Made by a program: the position numbers and the translations under genes. Below, piece by piece: positions 30,252 to 39,597 of a DNA stretch of 64,000 nt. Origin of the DNA: Candidatus Obscuribacteraceae bacterium (GTDB lineage Bacteria; Cyanobacteriota; Vampirovibrionia; Obscuribacterales; Obscuribacteraceae); the NCBI GenBank assembly GCA_044229845.1, contig JBGASG010000001.1:960001-1024000 (forward strand), written 5' to 3'. The notes beneath the pieces are model-generated. The model was given only the letters and a program-made list of their open reading frames with translations, made no database searches and was not told the DNA's origin. Position 1 is the stretch's first letter. Every line of letters begins with the position of its first letter.

Positions 30252-30395
30252 TGTCCGCCGTGGCGGACAGTTTATGGTTAGCTGACCGCCACGGCGGCCG
30301 GCTAAGTCATTATTCGGCCGCCACGGCGGTCAAACTGAAGCGCATTGGCCGCCGCGGCGGTCATCTCTGCGATTCTGTGGCCGCCATGGCGGTCA
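30252..30395. repeat. Array of five 18-bp GC-rich palindromes with 31/32-bp period (REP/BIME-like)
   Basis: Units start at 30252, 30283, 30315, 30346 and 30378; consensus yGnCCGCCRYGGCGGnCa; non-identical 13-14-nt linkers. Confidence 0.9.
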
Positions 30396-30439
30396 CGAAA
30401 TAGGGCGCGCCTGGTTTGGTTCGCGTTTCGACCTAGTTA

Positions 30440-31324
30440 TTATGGCGCCGTTTTGGGAGTGAGACCCTTTGGCGTGATGGCGGTGAGTTCTTCGTCGGAC
30501 GCAGTTTGTGTACCGCCACTGAGCGATGTCCCGGATGGAGTATTCGGCGACGGCTTCAGCTTCGACGTGGCGATGTCGTAGCTCTTCTCGTGATAACTCA
30601 CGTAAGCCGGATTGATCTTCTTATACTGATCGATCCACTCTTCGTAGGTGGGGGGCAGTTCCTTGTACCAGTACGCATTCCACGAGGGATAGCCCATCTT
30701 CTCAGCGTGTTGTTTCCACCTCGTTTCGTAAAACGCATTCATTTCCTTGAGCGCGCTGTACTCCAATTTGGTGGCACGCGACAAGTATTCGTCCTTGGTC
30801 AACTTGCCTTGCGCGGCCAACTTCCAGGTTTCTTCAAAGTCTGTGTCGTTGCGGCTGTTGAAAAATTCGTAGATGACGCCGGACCACATTTGCTCGGGCG
30901 CGGCCGCCAAGCCATCAGAGCGCGTCTTCTGCACGCAAATCCAACCGCTGTTTTTGTTGAGGTCGTAATTGTGGAACGCGCCAAATTGCTGCACCCCACT
31001 TTTCTTGGAGGTCTTGTTCTTCCACTTATAGCGCCGCGCTCCACCGTTGCCCGCAAACTGTTGAGCCGACCACAGCCAAACATCGTCACCTTTCGCGACC
31101 AGTTCCCGCATCGCCTTGCGGTCCGCAAGCATGCGCTTCAGCTGTTTCTCGCCAAATTTAAGGTCGGCTTTGGAAATCTGCGGCTCGGAATTCTCGGCAA
31201 CCGCAGTTTCATGCCCGCTCACCAGGAATGAGCAGGTGAGAACAGCTAACACAAGAAATGGCTGAGGTGTGCGAAGCACGAAACACCGAGTCGAGTCAGT
31301 CTCACTATAATCTAACACCTTCAC
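30440..31324 (-). CDS. Secreted hypothetical protein
   Basis: 294-aa ORF with an N-terminal hydrophobic segment; true start uncertain. Confidence 0.65.
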   Translation of the reverse strand: MKVLDYSETDSTRCFVLRTPQPFLVLAVLTCSFLVSGHETAVAENSEPQISKADLKFGEKQLKRMLADRKAMRELVAKGDDVWLWSAQQFAGNGGARRYKWKNKTSKKSGVQQFGAFHNYDLNKNSGWICVQKTRSDGLAAAPEQMWSGVIYEFFNSRNDTDFEETWKLAAQGKLTKDEYLSRATKLEYSALKEMNAFYETRWKQHAEKMGYPSWNAYWYKELPPTYEEWIDQYKKINPAYVSYHEKSYDIATSKLKPSPNTPSGTSLSGGTQTASDEELTAITPKGLTPKTAP

Positions 31325-31357
31325 CAGTGAGATGCGCGACCACCGAGCGGTGAGGCA

Positions 31358-32299
31358 TTATTTGTCGCCGTTGATGAATAGTTTGTCGATCGCTGGTCCT
31401 GCTGTGTTTTTGTAGTAGTCCTTCACTCCACCTTCGATTAGCTTGTCGACAATGGGTTTGGAGACCGTTTTGCCCAGGGCGAGACCACCCGAGCCGGCGC
31501 CGACTATGCCACGCAACCCGCTTTTGCGAGCGGCGAGCATCGCTATCCCCGTGACAGTTAGCGTGATGCCCGCCACATAGGGCGCGTCTTCGCGGGACAA
31601 CTCATAATCCGTGTAAGTGTCTTTGAGTGAGGACTTTTTGGCACTGTGATCCTTTTGGTTGGCCACAATCAGATCGGCGAGGAGATTCAAGTCATGGCTA
31701 CTGAGCTTGTCACCAGTTTTTGAGCCGGCAGCGGAGATGTCTCTGATGGTGTCGAAGTTCTGCCAGATGTACTTCGCGGCTTCGAGCACGCCGGGTTCGA
31801 GCGATTTGGGATATCTGATCATTTGCTCCAGCGAGTCGCGGGTGACATCACCTTTTCTGCTTTCTACCAATCTCACTGCAGCCGACATCGGGATGGGAAC
31901 CCGCTCGTTGATTACCACCGGTCCCTCGAACGCTGGTGTCTCCGGATCAATGGTGGGCAGCTGTTTTATGACCGAGCCGTCCCGAACGACGGGAGGCGCT
32001 GGGATATAGGGATAATCAATCGCGGGGGAAGAACCGCTGGTGGTGGGCATCTCACCAAGTCCTTTTTTGCCACCACTCAAAATTGATGTGGCACTGCCAC
32101 CTTGCTGCATCATCTCGTTGAAGAGATCAAGCCACGTCACAGACCCTGGATTTGTGTTAGTTGGCTTATCGTTGCCGTTGCCGCCATCTCCGTCGCCGCC
32201 ATCTCCGTCGCCGCCATCTCCGTCTCCGTTTTGAGGACTTCCATCAGCGAAAACGCGGTCATTCACCAGGGCAGATGAAGCATCCAATGCCATATTCAA
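31358..32299 (-). CDS. Hypothetical protein with Gly/Asp repeat and a C-terminal Gly-rich hydrophobic hairpin
   Basis: 313-aa ORF downstream of AGGAG; DGDGG repeats; segment GITLTVTGIAML...GIVGAGSGGLALG. Confidence 0.65.
   Translation of the reverse strand: MNMALDASSALVNDRVFADGSPQNGDGDGGDGDGGDGDGGNGNDKPTNTNPGSVTWLDLFNEMMQQGGSATSILSGGKKGLGEMPTTSGSSPAIDYPYIPAPPVVRDGSVIKQLPTIDPETPAFEGPVVINERVPIPMSAAVRLVESRKGDVTRDSLEQMIRYPKSLEPGVLEAAKYIWQNFDTIRDISAAGSKTGDKLSSHDLNLLADLIVANQKDHSAKKSSLKDTYTDYELSREDAPYVAGITLTVTGIAMLAARKSGLRGIVGAGSGGLALGKTVSKPIVDKLIEGGVKDYYKNTAGPAIDKLFINGDK
32180..32224. repeat. 15-bp coding tandem repeat, three copies
   Basis: GCCGCCATCTCCGTC x3, encoding DGDGG on the minus strand. 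Confidence 0.85.
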
Positions 32300-32438
32300 C
32301 GCTCCTGCTACGCCAGTAGCGGTCGCAACAAGCCTGCCAAATTTCGCCGACAGGGGCTTGCCGTTGGATTGGTATGCGGGGAATACATGTGTCTATCCGC
32401 CGCCGCATATTTCTGGACAACTTGTTTTCTCGAGACCC

Positions 32439-33005
32439 CTAGCCCTGGGCAGGGGGCAGTGTTTTGAGGTAATCGGGCAGGGGCGTGTCTTTCGGACGGT
32501 TGGCTATCCAGACGCAGGCTTCCACACAGGCTTCGTGCAACTCAGTGTGGGGCTCGTCGCTGACCAGTGCTTCGTAGATTAATCGATAGGGCGCAATGTT
32601 CTCCCCGTACCACAGGTAGACCTTCGGTTCGTCGTCGTCGCCGAAGTTGATCAGCAGGCGGTCCAGGTCTTGCGGCGGCACCGCATCGAATCCGCGCAGC
32701 GCCTCGCCGACGGAATCGGCTCCGTGCGGCACATCAAATCCGGCGCGCCACTTGGCGCCGGCACCGAATGCGCCACCATGCTTGAAGGCGCGACCGCGGC
32801 AGATCAGCAAAGAGTGCGGTGTGCGCTTGTAGGCCAGCCAGCCGGTCCAGTCTTTGGGAACCAGGTCGCCAAGCCGAGCTTCGAAGGACTGTTCAAGAAA
32901 CTCCAGTAGCGCCAGGCATTCGATGGGAAACGTTGCCATGCCGCGTTCGCTGTTTGCCTTTGCCTTCAGCTCGGCTTCCAATTCAATGAGTCTGTTGTGG
33001 AGCAT
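32439..33005 (-). CDS. Hypothetical protein
   Basis: 188-aa ORF overlapping the end of the upstream TauE gene on the same strand. Confidence 0.6.
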   Translation of the reverse strand: MLHNRLIELEAELKAKANSERGMATFPIECLALLEFLEQSFEARLGDLVPKDWTGWLAYKRTPHSLLICRGRAFKHGGAFGAGAKWRAGFDVPHGADSVGEALRGFDAVPPQDLDRLLINFGDDDEPKVYLWYGENIAPYRLIYEALVSDEPHTELHEACVEACVWIANRPKDTPLPDYLKTLPPAQG

Positions 33006-33840
33006 TTCCGGGGATGAGTTCTGGGAGGTGTGGAGCCGCGAATGTGATAGCGAGAATAATCAGTATGACACCGAATGTAATGCGCAGGTGGTCGTCTTTT
33101 GACTTCGTGGAGAAGTGACTGCCGATTTTGGCGCCCGGCACGGAGCCCACCAAGAGAGCCAGCGCCAGCGGCAAATCGACGTGACCGTAGCAGGCGTGAA
33201 TTATGGCGCCAGGCAGGGCGACGGCTCCTACCACCAACAAGGATGTGCCGAAGGCAACCTTGATTGGTGTGTGGAACAGATAGCAATAGAGTGGTATCAA
33301 AATAAATCCACCGCCGATGCCGAGGAAACCGGACAGAAACCCTGCAATACCACCGATGATGGTGGCGTGCACCACGTGCGAACGCGTGAACTCGGCGGGG
33401 TCGGGTTCTGACCCGGCAGTCCCTTCATCTGGGTCGGGAGCGGCGGCACGACGCAGACGCAAGCCAATGCCGGTGGCGAAGTCGATGCCGACGGTGATCA
33501 TCAAAAACGCCAGGCAGAAAATCACCACGGTGCCGCTGATGTCACGTTCCAGATAAGAGCTGAGAACTGTGCACACAACCGCGGGCAAGCCGGAGGCTAT
33601 CGCAAGTTTCTTCGAAAAAAGTTTCTTCTTGCTGTATGTAATCGCGCCCGACACCGCCGTCGGTATGATCATGCTCAGGGTTGTTCCGACCGCCACGTGC
33701 GGCTCGGCGCCGATCACCATAATCAAAAGTGGCGTCGACAGAACTCCGCCTCCGACGCCGAAGGCTCCGGAGAAAGCTCCTGCTGCCAGTCCGAGTGGCA
33801 ACGCCTTGAGGAGGGTGATGTAGTCAGGCACCGGGTTCAT
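32983..33840 (-). CDS. TauE/SafE family sulfite exporter
   Basis: Duplicated G..SG.FG.GGG motif; AVGTTL and AFGTSL; many transmembrane helices. Confidence 0.92.
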   Translation of the reverse strand: MNPVPDYITLLKALPLGLAAGAFSGAFGVGGGVLSTPLLIMVIGAEPHVAVGTTLSMIIPTAVSGAITYSKKKLFSKKLAIASGLPAVVCTVLSSYLERDISGTVVIFCLAFLMITVGIDFATGIGLRLRRAAAPDPDEGTAGSEPDPAEFTRSHVVHATIIGGIAGFLSGFLGIGGGFILIPLYCYLFHTPIKVAFGTSLLVVGAVALPGAIIHACYGHVDLPLALALLVGSVPGAKIGSHFSTKSKDDHLRITFGVILIILAITFAAPHLPELIPGNAPQQTH

Positions 33841-33944
33841 CAAACGCAATCTGCCGCAGCCGGCGGATTTTAACATGATTGATAGTTAATTCCCGGACGC
33901 TACAATAGCTGTGGAAAGGCTCCATTACCACCGACAATTACGCC

Positions 33945-35576
33945 ATGAGCGATCCACCATTTGGCGCAAATCCTGAAAAACGCGATCCCGTCGAGAAGAA
34001 GGCGGAGTCCGAGCAATCGGCTAAAGATGGCGTACCGGCTGAACTCAGGCAACTTGCCAATCAGAAACTCAAAGAAGAAAAAGGACTGGGCAAGGTCGAC
34101 CCTAACATCGACAAGGCGCTAGGAAAGCTCGATCTGGAGTTTTCTACGCGCGCCAATACGCAGTTTACGCTGCCCTTTGGGCAGAGCCGGCCCTTCCAAT
34201 TGCAGATGCGCAAATCGGAGTTCACGAAAGTCGATGAGAAGCCACTCGGCGACTTTAAATCGCAGGTGGACAATTTTTTAAAGGTAACAAAAACAACAGA
34301 TGACGAGAAACGGTCCAACGCCGCAAACACTGAACTGAACCGGACTCGCGACAATCTGGCCAACGCAACGACGACCGAGGATGCGGTCTCGAATGTGCTG
34401 CAGTTAGCAAGTCTATATAGCCACCTGCGTTATATTGAAGAAGCCAAACAGGCAATTAATCTGGCGTTGGGACTCGATCCCAATAACCTGCACGGGAAAC
34501 AACTGTTCAAGGAATTGGAGCGCATGCATCCAGCAGATATCGGAGCGGCAGCTGCTGCTATATCGGAACAAACCCTGACCAAAGCAAATTTGCGCAAGCG
34601 CATTGCCAATTTGTCCGGCGGGCGAGTGATCGTCCTCGGCGACTTGCTGATCGACGAGTTGTTGGAGGGCTCTCCGGAGCGCATCTCGCGTGAAGCGCCG
34701 GTGCTTATCCTCGAACACGTCGACACGCAGCTCATACCTGGTGGCGCCGCCAATACCGCCAACAATGTCGCCGCCCTCGGTGGCACATGTCATGCCATCG
34801 GCGTCTGCGGCAAAGACGAATATGCAATCAAGATGCAGAAGCTATTTGATGCGCAGCGCATCAAACATTCGCTGGTCGAAGATCCGACCCGACCGACGAC
34901 CGTGAAAACGCGCATCCTGTCTAAGTCGCATTCGTTCCGCCAGCAGTTGCTCAGACTCGACCGCATCTCGCACAAACCAATTTCCGCGATCATCGAAGAT
35001 TTGTTGGTCGACAGATTGAGAGCGGTCGCCGCCGATTATTCCGCGGTCATCCTCTCCGACTACAAAGGCGGCGTCATGACCGACGGCTTGATTCGTGCCT
35101 GCCGCCGCGTGGCTGCCGAGACGAACCTGAAAGTGATTGTCGACGCACAAGGTGATTTCGCGCGTTTTCAGGACGTGACGCTTCTGACGCCTAACCAGCC
35201 TGACTGCGAGGGCGCACTCGGTTTTGCCATCGACTCTAAAGAAACACTCTCCAACGCCGGGCAGCAACTGCTCATGATGACCGGCGCACAAGCGCTTTTG
35301 ATCACACGCGGCGGTGCCGGTATGGTGCTGTTCCAACAAGGCCAACCAATGGTCGAGTTGCCTGCTTTCAACAAGAGTGAAGTCTTCGATGTTACTGGTG
35401 CTGGAGACACGGTGGTTGCCACCATGGCGCTGGCGCTCGTAACCGGCTCCAACTTTGTGGAAGCGATGGCTTTAGGGAATCTCGCCGCCGGAATTGTCGT
35501 GAAAAAACCAGGTACTGCCGTCACATCACAAGCAGAGATGCTGGAAATCCTCGACTTGCTGAAAATTCAAGACTGA
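33945..35576 (+). CDS. D-glycero-beta-D-manno-heptose-7-phosphate kinase (RfaE/HldE domain I) with long N-terminal TPR-containing extension
   Basis: GDLLIDE, RISREAPV, GGAANTA.N, SDYKGG, LTPN and DVTGAGDTV motifs; TPR-like EEAKQAINLALGLDPNN. Confidence 0.88.
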   Translation: MSDPPFGANPEKRDPVEKKAESEQSAKDGVPAELRQLANQKLKEEKGLGKVDPNIDKALGKLDLEFSTRANTQFTLPFGQSRPFQLQMRKSEFTKVDEKPLGDFKSQVDNFLKVTKTTDDEKRSNAANTELNRTRDNLANATTTEDAVSNVLQLASLYSHLRYIEEAKQAINLALGLDPNNLHGKQLFKELERMHPADIGAAAAAISEQTLTKANLRKRIANLSGGRVIVLGDLLIDELLEGSPERISREAPVLILEHVDTQLIPGGAANTANNVAALGGTCHAIGVCGKDEYAIKMQKLFDAQRIKHSLVEDPTRPTTVKTRILSKSHSFRQQLLRLDRISHKPISAIIEDLLVDRLRAVAADYSAVILSDYKGGVMTDGLIRACRRVAAETNLKVIVDAQGDFARFQDVTLLTPNQPDCEGALGFAIDSKETLSNAGQQLLMMTGAQALLITRGGAGMVLFQQGQPMVELPAFNKSEVFDVTGAGDTVVATMALALVTGSNFVEAMALGNLAAGIVVKKPGTAVTSQAEMLEILDLLKIQD

Positions 35577-35698
35577 ACTCGAATCTTCGAGCACGCAAGA
35601 AGGTCTATATAATTCGCGCGTAGGATGGATGGAAGGTCGTTTTCGGTCGCTCATTCAGCCGAGCGGTGGACATGGACATGGTCCGGACTTTGGCTTGA

Positions 35699-36028
35699 TT
35701 ACGCGGTGAGCGCTTTCTGTGCCAGTTGGCGGATTTTTTCAGCTTCAGTGGTCGCTTTGCCGCTCCAGTTGGCCATCCCTGACAGATGTCCACCCATGTC
35801 GTCGGCGGCTTTGAGCAAATCTTCGGTGCTCATGCTGGCATAAGCAGCGCGCCAGTAATTTTCGTCGATGTCAGCCGGGGTCATGGCTGTCTTCCAGTTG
35901 AACTCATAGTTCGCACCAGCAGCAGCTCCGCCGGTCATTTCTTTTCCAACTTCTTCGTGGAACGCTTCGAGGTGAGCACTCTTGCCGCTCTTTGCGCCTT
36001 CAACGATAACTTGGCCGTCACTACTCAT
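35699..36028 (-). CDS. Small hypothetical protein
   Basis: 109-aa ORF with GAGG RBS upstream. Confidence 0.55.
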   Translation of the reverse strand: MSSDGQVIVEGAKSGKSAHLEAFHEEVGKEMTGGAAAGANYEFNWKTAMTPADIDENYWRAAYASMSTEDLLKAADDMGGHLSGMANWSGKATTEAEKIRQLAQKALTA

Positions 36029-36218
36029 TTTTCAGTGTCCTCTTGGTCTACCAGTGGTCGTGGTTATGTCTACCCGCAACCCTGAAATATTTGGACAGAG
36101 GTACTACGTAGTTTCCCCCCAACCAAATGGCGATCAGATATGCGTCAGATGCCCGAAACCCGCGCCCATTCCGAAAACTTGCTAGAATGAGCCCCGAAAA
36201 GATTTGCGAGGTAGACAC

Positions 36219-36866
36219 GTGACCAACGGCGATATAAAGGTATTCGGGCGCTTTAACGCACTGGATTTTGCCATCGTGCTGGCAGCAGCCGTGGCGCTTG
36301 CCGGGTTTGGGCTGGCGAAAGCCGGACACGCCGGCGTCAACAGCGCCATTCAGGGCACGAAGCGAATCAATATAGACATCTATTTCTCGGGGTTCAAAAC
36401 TCTGGACACCGGCCTTTTCAAGGTCGGCGAGAAGAGTTCTCTGACGATAAGAAACCAACCCGTCAAGCCACCCATGGACATCACCGCCGTCCGCCACACG
36501 CAAAAACAAGTGGCGTTTTTGGCGCCCAACGGCAAAGATGCCGTCTCCATGGACGATCCAGCCAACCCGCTGGCTCACGACTTTGTCGTGACTGTGGCTG
36601 ACGATGCGGACGTGACCGAAGACGGGTATGTAGTGCGCGGCAACAAGCTGAAAGTCGGCAATCAGGTAGAGCTCGAAGGCTTCAAGTACCGCACCCAGGG
36701 CGTCGTCGTGGATATCTATCCGCAAGATGAGCGCCCCGCCGGGTCAGCGCCTGCCTTCGGTAGCAAAAATGCTTCCAGCAGTGCGCCGGAACCGGCTGCC
36801 ACTGCGCCGGCTGCAGGCGGAAAGACCGCTGCCGGCAGCAAACCTAAGCCGGAAGCCACCCGTTAA
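36219..36866 (+). CDS. DUF4330 family membrane-anchored protein
   Basis: K.FGRFNALD N-terminus, one TM helix, IRNQP and GNKLKVG..VELEG..Y motifs. Confidence 0.8.
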   Translation: MTNGDIKVFGRFNALDFAIVLAAAVALAGFGLAKAGHAGVNSAIQGTKRINIDIYFSGFKTLDTGLFKVGEKSSLTIRNQPVKPPMDITAVRHTQKQVAFLAPNGKDAVSMDDPANPLAHDFVVTVADDADVTEDGYVVRGNKLKVGNQVELEGFKYRTQGVVVDIYPQDERPAGSAPAFGSKNASSSAPEPAATAPAAGGKTAAGSKPKPEATR

Positions 36867-38329
36867 TGACCGCTTCAATTATCAAACAAGTGCACGATCG
36901 GCTGATGCCGGTTCTGGCGCTCGATGCAGCCGATAGCCGCTGGGAGCGCACAGTCCATCGGTCTCTCCTGGCGTCGATCTGGTTCAAACTGCGAGAAACG
37001 CTTTCAGCGAAGCTGGCCAGCTGGGAAAAATTCGGTTCGCTCTGCCAGATGCTCAGCTATCTGGCTGTGGCTTTGCTGTTTGCGATCATCGCCGCACCGC
37101 AATTCGCCAGCGACAAAGAGATATTGGCTGTCCTCGTCATGGGTGCCTTCGGTCTGCGCGTGCTCGGTGCCATCTGCGCCGGGCGCGAAACCTACATACC
37201 ATCGGCCGTAGACATGGTCGTGCTCGCTTTTCTGGGTGCCAACATCATTGCTACAGGCGCATCGCACTACCTGGCTGACAGCATCAAAGGTCTCGCCAAG
37301 CTTATCGTCTACATTTGCGCGTATTTCCTTTTCGTCGGCATCCTGCAGCACAACACGAAGCAACGCACCCTAATGGTCTGGACGGCGTTGATCGCAGGCG
37401 GCACACTGGTCGCTCTCTACGGGCTCTATCAATTTAAGATCGGCGTGGCGCCGCTGGCGACCTGGGAAGACCCGAGCGTCGAAGACCAGGTGACGCGCAT
37501 TTATTCCACTCTCAACAATCCCAACTTGCTGGCGGGTTACTTGTTGCCTCTGGTGCCGGTATCGTTCGGACTGGCGATGGCTTCGGCTTGCGCGCAGGGA
37601 CGGAAGCGTTTGCTCGCTGTGCCGTTTCTTGGAACCACTGCCATCCTCGCCGTTGCTACGGTACTGACCGGCAGCCGAGGTGGCTATTTTGGACTGGCTG
37701 GTGTGGCGCTTGTGCTGGGCATCGTCAGCATCATGTGGGTGTGGCGCGCCTATCCGAAATTACGTCCTGTGGTAGTCGCCGCTGCAATTCTCGTGCCGAT
37801 TGCTGCCGTCGTGGTTATCTATCTCATCCCGTCGGTCCACCACCGCATCGACTCGATGTTTGCCGGACGCGAGCATTCATCCAACTCATATCGCTTCAAT
37901 GTCTGGATTTCGTCCTGGCAGATGTTTCTCGATAACTGGTGGTTCGGCATCGGTCCCGGTAATTCCACGTTCCGCCTTGCCTACGGGCTGTACATGCGCT
38001 CAGGCTTCGATGCCCTGGGTACGTACTGCGTGCCGCTGGAAGTGGCGGTGGAAGCCGGCATAATTGGTCTAGCGACGTTCGGGTGGTTGCTGATTACGGT
38101 GATGGCGCGCGCGCACCGGTGCTTCTGGTCAGATGCCGATCCGCAGATGCGTTGGCTGGCAGCCGGTGCCGCGGCGGCAATCACAGGCATGATGATGCAT
38201 GGTCTTGTCGACACGGTCTTTTATCGGCCGCAGGTGCAATTTATCTTCTGGCTGATGGTGGCATCGGTGGTGGCGCTCTCCGTCTGGATGAAAAACTCAT
38301 CCGTAGCGGACAGCTCATCCGTTTCTTAG
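36866..38329 (+). CDS. ictB: IctB family protein (O-antigen ligase-like membrane protein)
   Basis: PLATW.DP, TRIYSTLNNPNLLAGYL, GRE.SSN.YR.NVW, GIGPGN..F...Y and DTVFYRPQVQ motifs. Confidence 0.9.
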   Translation: MTASIIKQVHDRLMPVLALDAADSRWERTVHRSLLASIWFKLRETLSAKLASWEKFGSLCQMLSYLAVALLFAIIAAPQFASDKEILAVLVMGAFGLRVLGAICAGRETYIPSAVDMVVLAFLGANIIATGASHYLADSIKGLAKLIVYICAYFLFVGILQHNTKQRTLMVWTALIAGGTLVALYGLYQFKIGVAPLATWEDPSVEDQVTRIYSTLNNPNLLAGYLLPLVPVSFGLAMASACAQGRKRLLAVPFLGTTAILAVATVLTGSRGGYFGLAGVALVLGIVSIMWVWRAYPKLRPVVVAAAILVPIAAVVVIYLIPSVHHRIDSMFAGREHSSNSYRFNVWISSWQMFLDNWWFGIGPGNSTFRLAYGLYMRSGFDALGTYCVPLEVAVEAGIIGLATFGWLLITVMARAHRCFWSDADPQMRWLAAGAAAAITGMMMHGLVDTVFYRPQVQFIFWLMVASVVALSVWMKNSSVADSSSVS

Positions 38330-38451
38330 ACACTCATTAATTTGCTTGAGCCTCAAACCCGCCGCCATGGCTGAGTTCAGGCGTTACATGTTCGTAGTAT
38401 TTGCAACCAGACTAGTGTCGCAGATGGTGCCAAGGGCTAAGATAATTTCTT

Positions 38452-38685
38452 GTACTGAGCGCTGGTGATTGGCAGCTTGCTGCCAAGTGGTGGTAAAGGC
38501 GATTAGAAGACTAGGGTAAATCCCAGTGTCGTTACTCTGCTCAGGAGATATCGTCGTTTTAGAAGCCGTCGGTCCATTATGGGCCGAGTGAAAGATTAAC
38601 CAACTTCCCGATGGCTTCTAAATGGAAACACAAATCGGACCTTGCGGTACCCTCGCACGCTGCGCGCGAGGGTATTGTTCTTTTT
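38452..38685 (+). ncRNA. Candidate structured noncoding RNA (unidentified)
   Basis: -10-like GATAAT at 38441; several helices including a 15-bp stem TTTAGAAGCCGTCGG/CCGATGGCTTCTAAA; terminator-like hairpin at 38648-38674 followed by a T-rich run. Confidence 0.45.
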
Positions 38686-39484
38686 AGGCTTTGTCGAGAA
38701 ACGCGACTACGCGCGCCGGCGCCGCGCCGCAGCCGACGAGCAGCATCGGGAAGAAACTTACCTTGAACCCGTGTCCCGGCAATTTGTCCAGGTTGACCAG
38801 TTGCTGCACGACAAATACCTCGACGTCGCGATAGGCGTAGTGCGCCTCCCAAATAAAACGCTTGTCGCCGGACTTCAGAAAATCCTGAATCATCGCCAGA
38901 AATGGGCGGTCCCAGCCCAAAGCATCGGTACCCACAATTTTGGCGCCGCGTTCGGCTAGCCAGAGCGACGAATCACGCATCATGCCGGGATACTGGTACC
39001 GCGCCAGATCGGTGAGTTCGTACTTGTCATGGTCGGTGCGAATCAAAACCGCATCGCCTGATTTGATTTGCCGCCCGCATTTTTTCTCGGCTTCCTGCAA
39101 ATCTTCGATAGTGATGGGAGAGCTCGTACCGCGTTTGTGAGAAACGTCGAGGACGACGGCATCTACATCGATTAACTCTTCCAGTGCAATCTGATCTATC
39201 GTGCGCGCCGGTCTGCCTTCGCACGTCGAGCCGTAATGCCAGGGCGCGTCGACGTGGGTTCCGAGGTGACTGGAAATGGACAGGTCTTCTTCACTCCAGC
39301 CTTCGGATTCCGGTAAATCTTCAGGCTTGCAGCTGAAGATCGCGCACATGATCTGGGCGCCGCGTTTGTGGTCGATGAAATCAATGTCGGGCACAACAAT
39401 TCGCAGAAGCGGTTTGATGGCAGCCGGAAATGATGCCTTGTCAACGGCTTTCAACGGACGAGTCAAATCAACTAATTTAGACAC
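38684..39484 (-). CDS. Cyclase family protein (kynurenine formamidase-like metal hydrolase)
   Basis: HLGTHVDAPWHY, GDAVLIRT and LVNLDKLP...APARVVA motifs. Confidence 0.9.
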   Translation of the reverse strand: MSKLVDLTRPLKAVDKASFPAAIKPLLRIVVPDIDFIDHKRGAQIMCAIFSCKPEDLPESEGWSEEDLSISSHLGTHVDAPWHYGSTCEGRPARTIDQIALEELIDVDAVVLDVSHKRGTSSPITIEDLQEAEKKCGRQIKSGDAVLIRTDHDKYELTDLARYQYPGMMRDSSLWLAERGAKIVGTDALGWDRPFLAMIQDFLKSGDKRFIWEAHYAYRDVEVFVVQQLVNLDKLPGHGFKVSFFPMLLVGCGAAPARVVAFLDKA

Positions 39485-39597
39485 GGTTTCCTCATCATCT
39501 TCTTCGACTGGCTCTGCGCGTTAGTTTGACGAAGTTTGGAGACGTCGTTATTAATTCAAGTTGCACGCGGTAACATAAGCGTAGCCCAGGAGCGTTT

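Noticed and set aside
30252..30395. CRISPR array
   Set aside because: Repeats are only 18 bp, linkers are 13-14 nt and partly complementary to each other, and there are no cas genes in the window.
30083..30403. Remnant of a REP-associated tyrosine transposase (FVMPHMSLLL resembles the VMPNHxHLL motif)
   Set aside because: The HUH histidines are not properly present and no other motif is visible, so the resemblance may be chance.
35699..36028. WXG100-family protein (contains NWSGKA)
   Set aside because: The WXG motif is near the C-terminus rather than central, and no type VII secretion genes are present.
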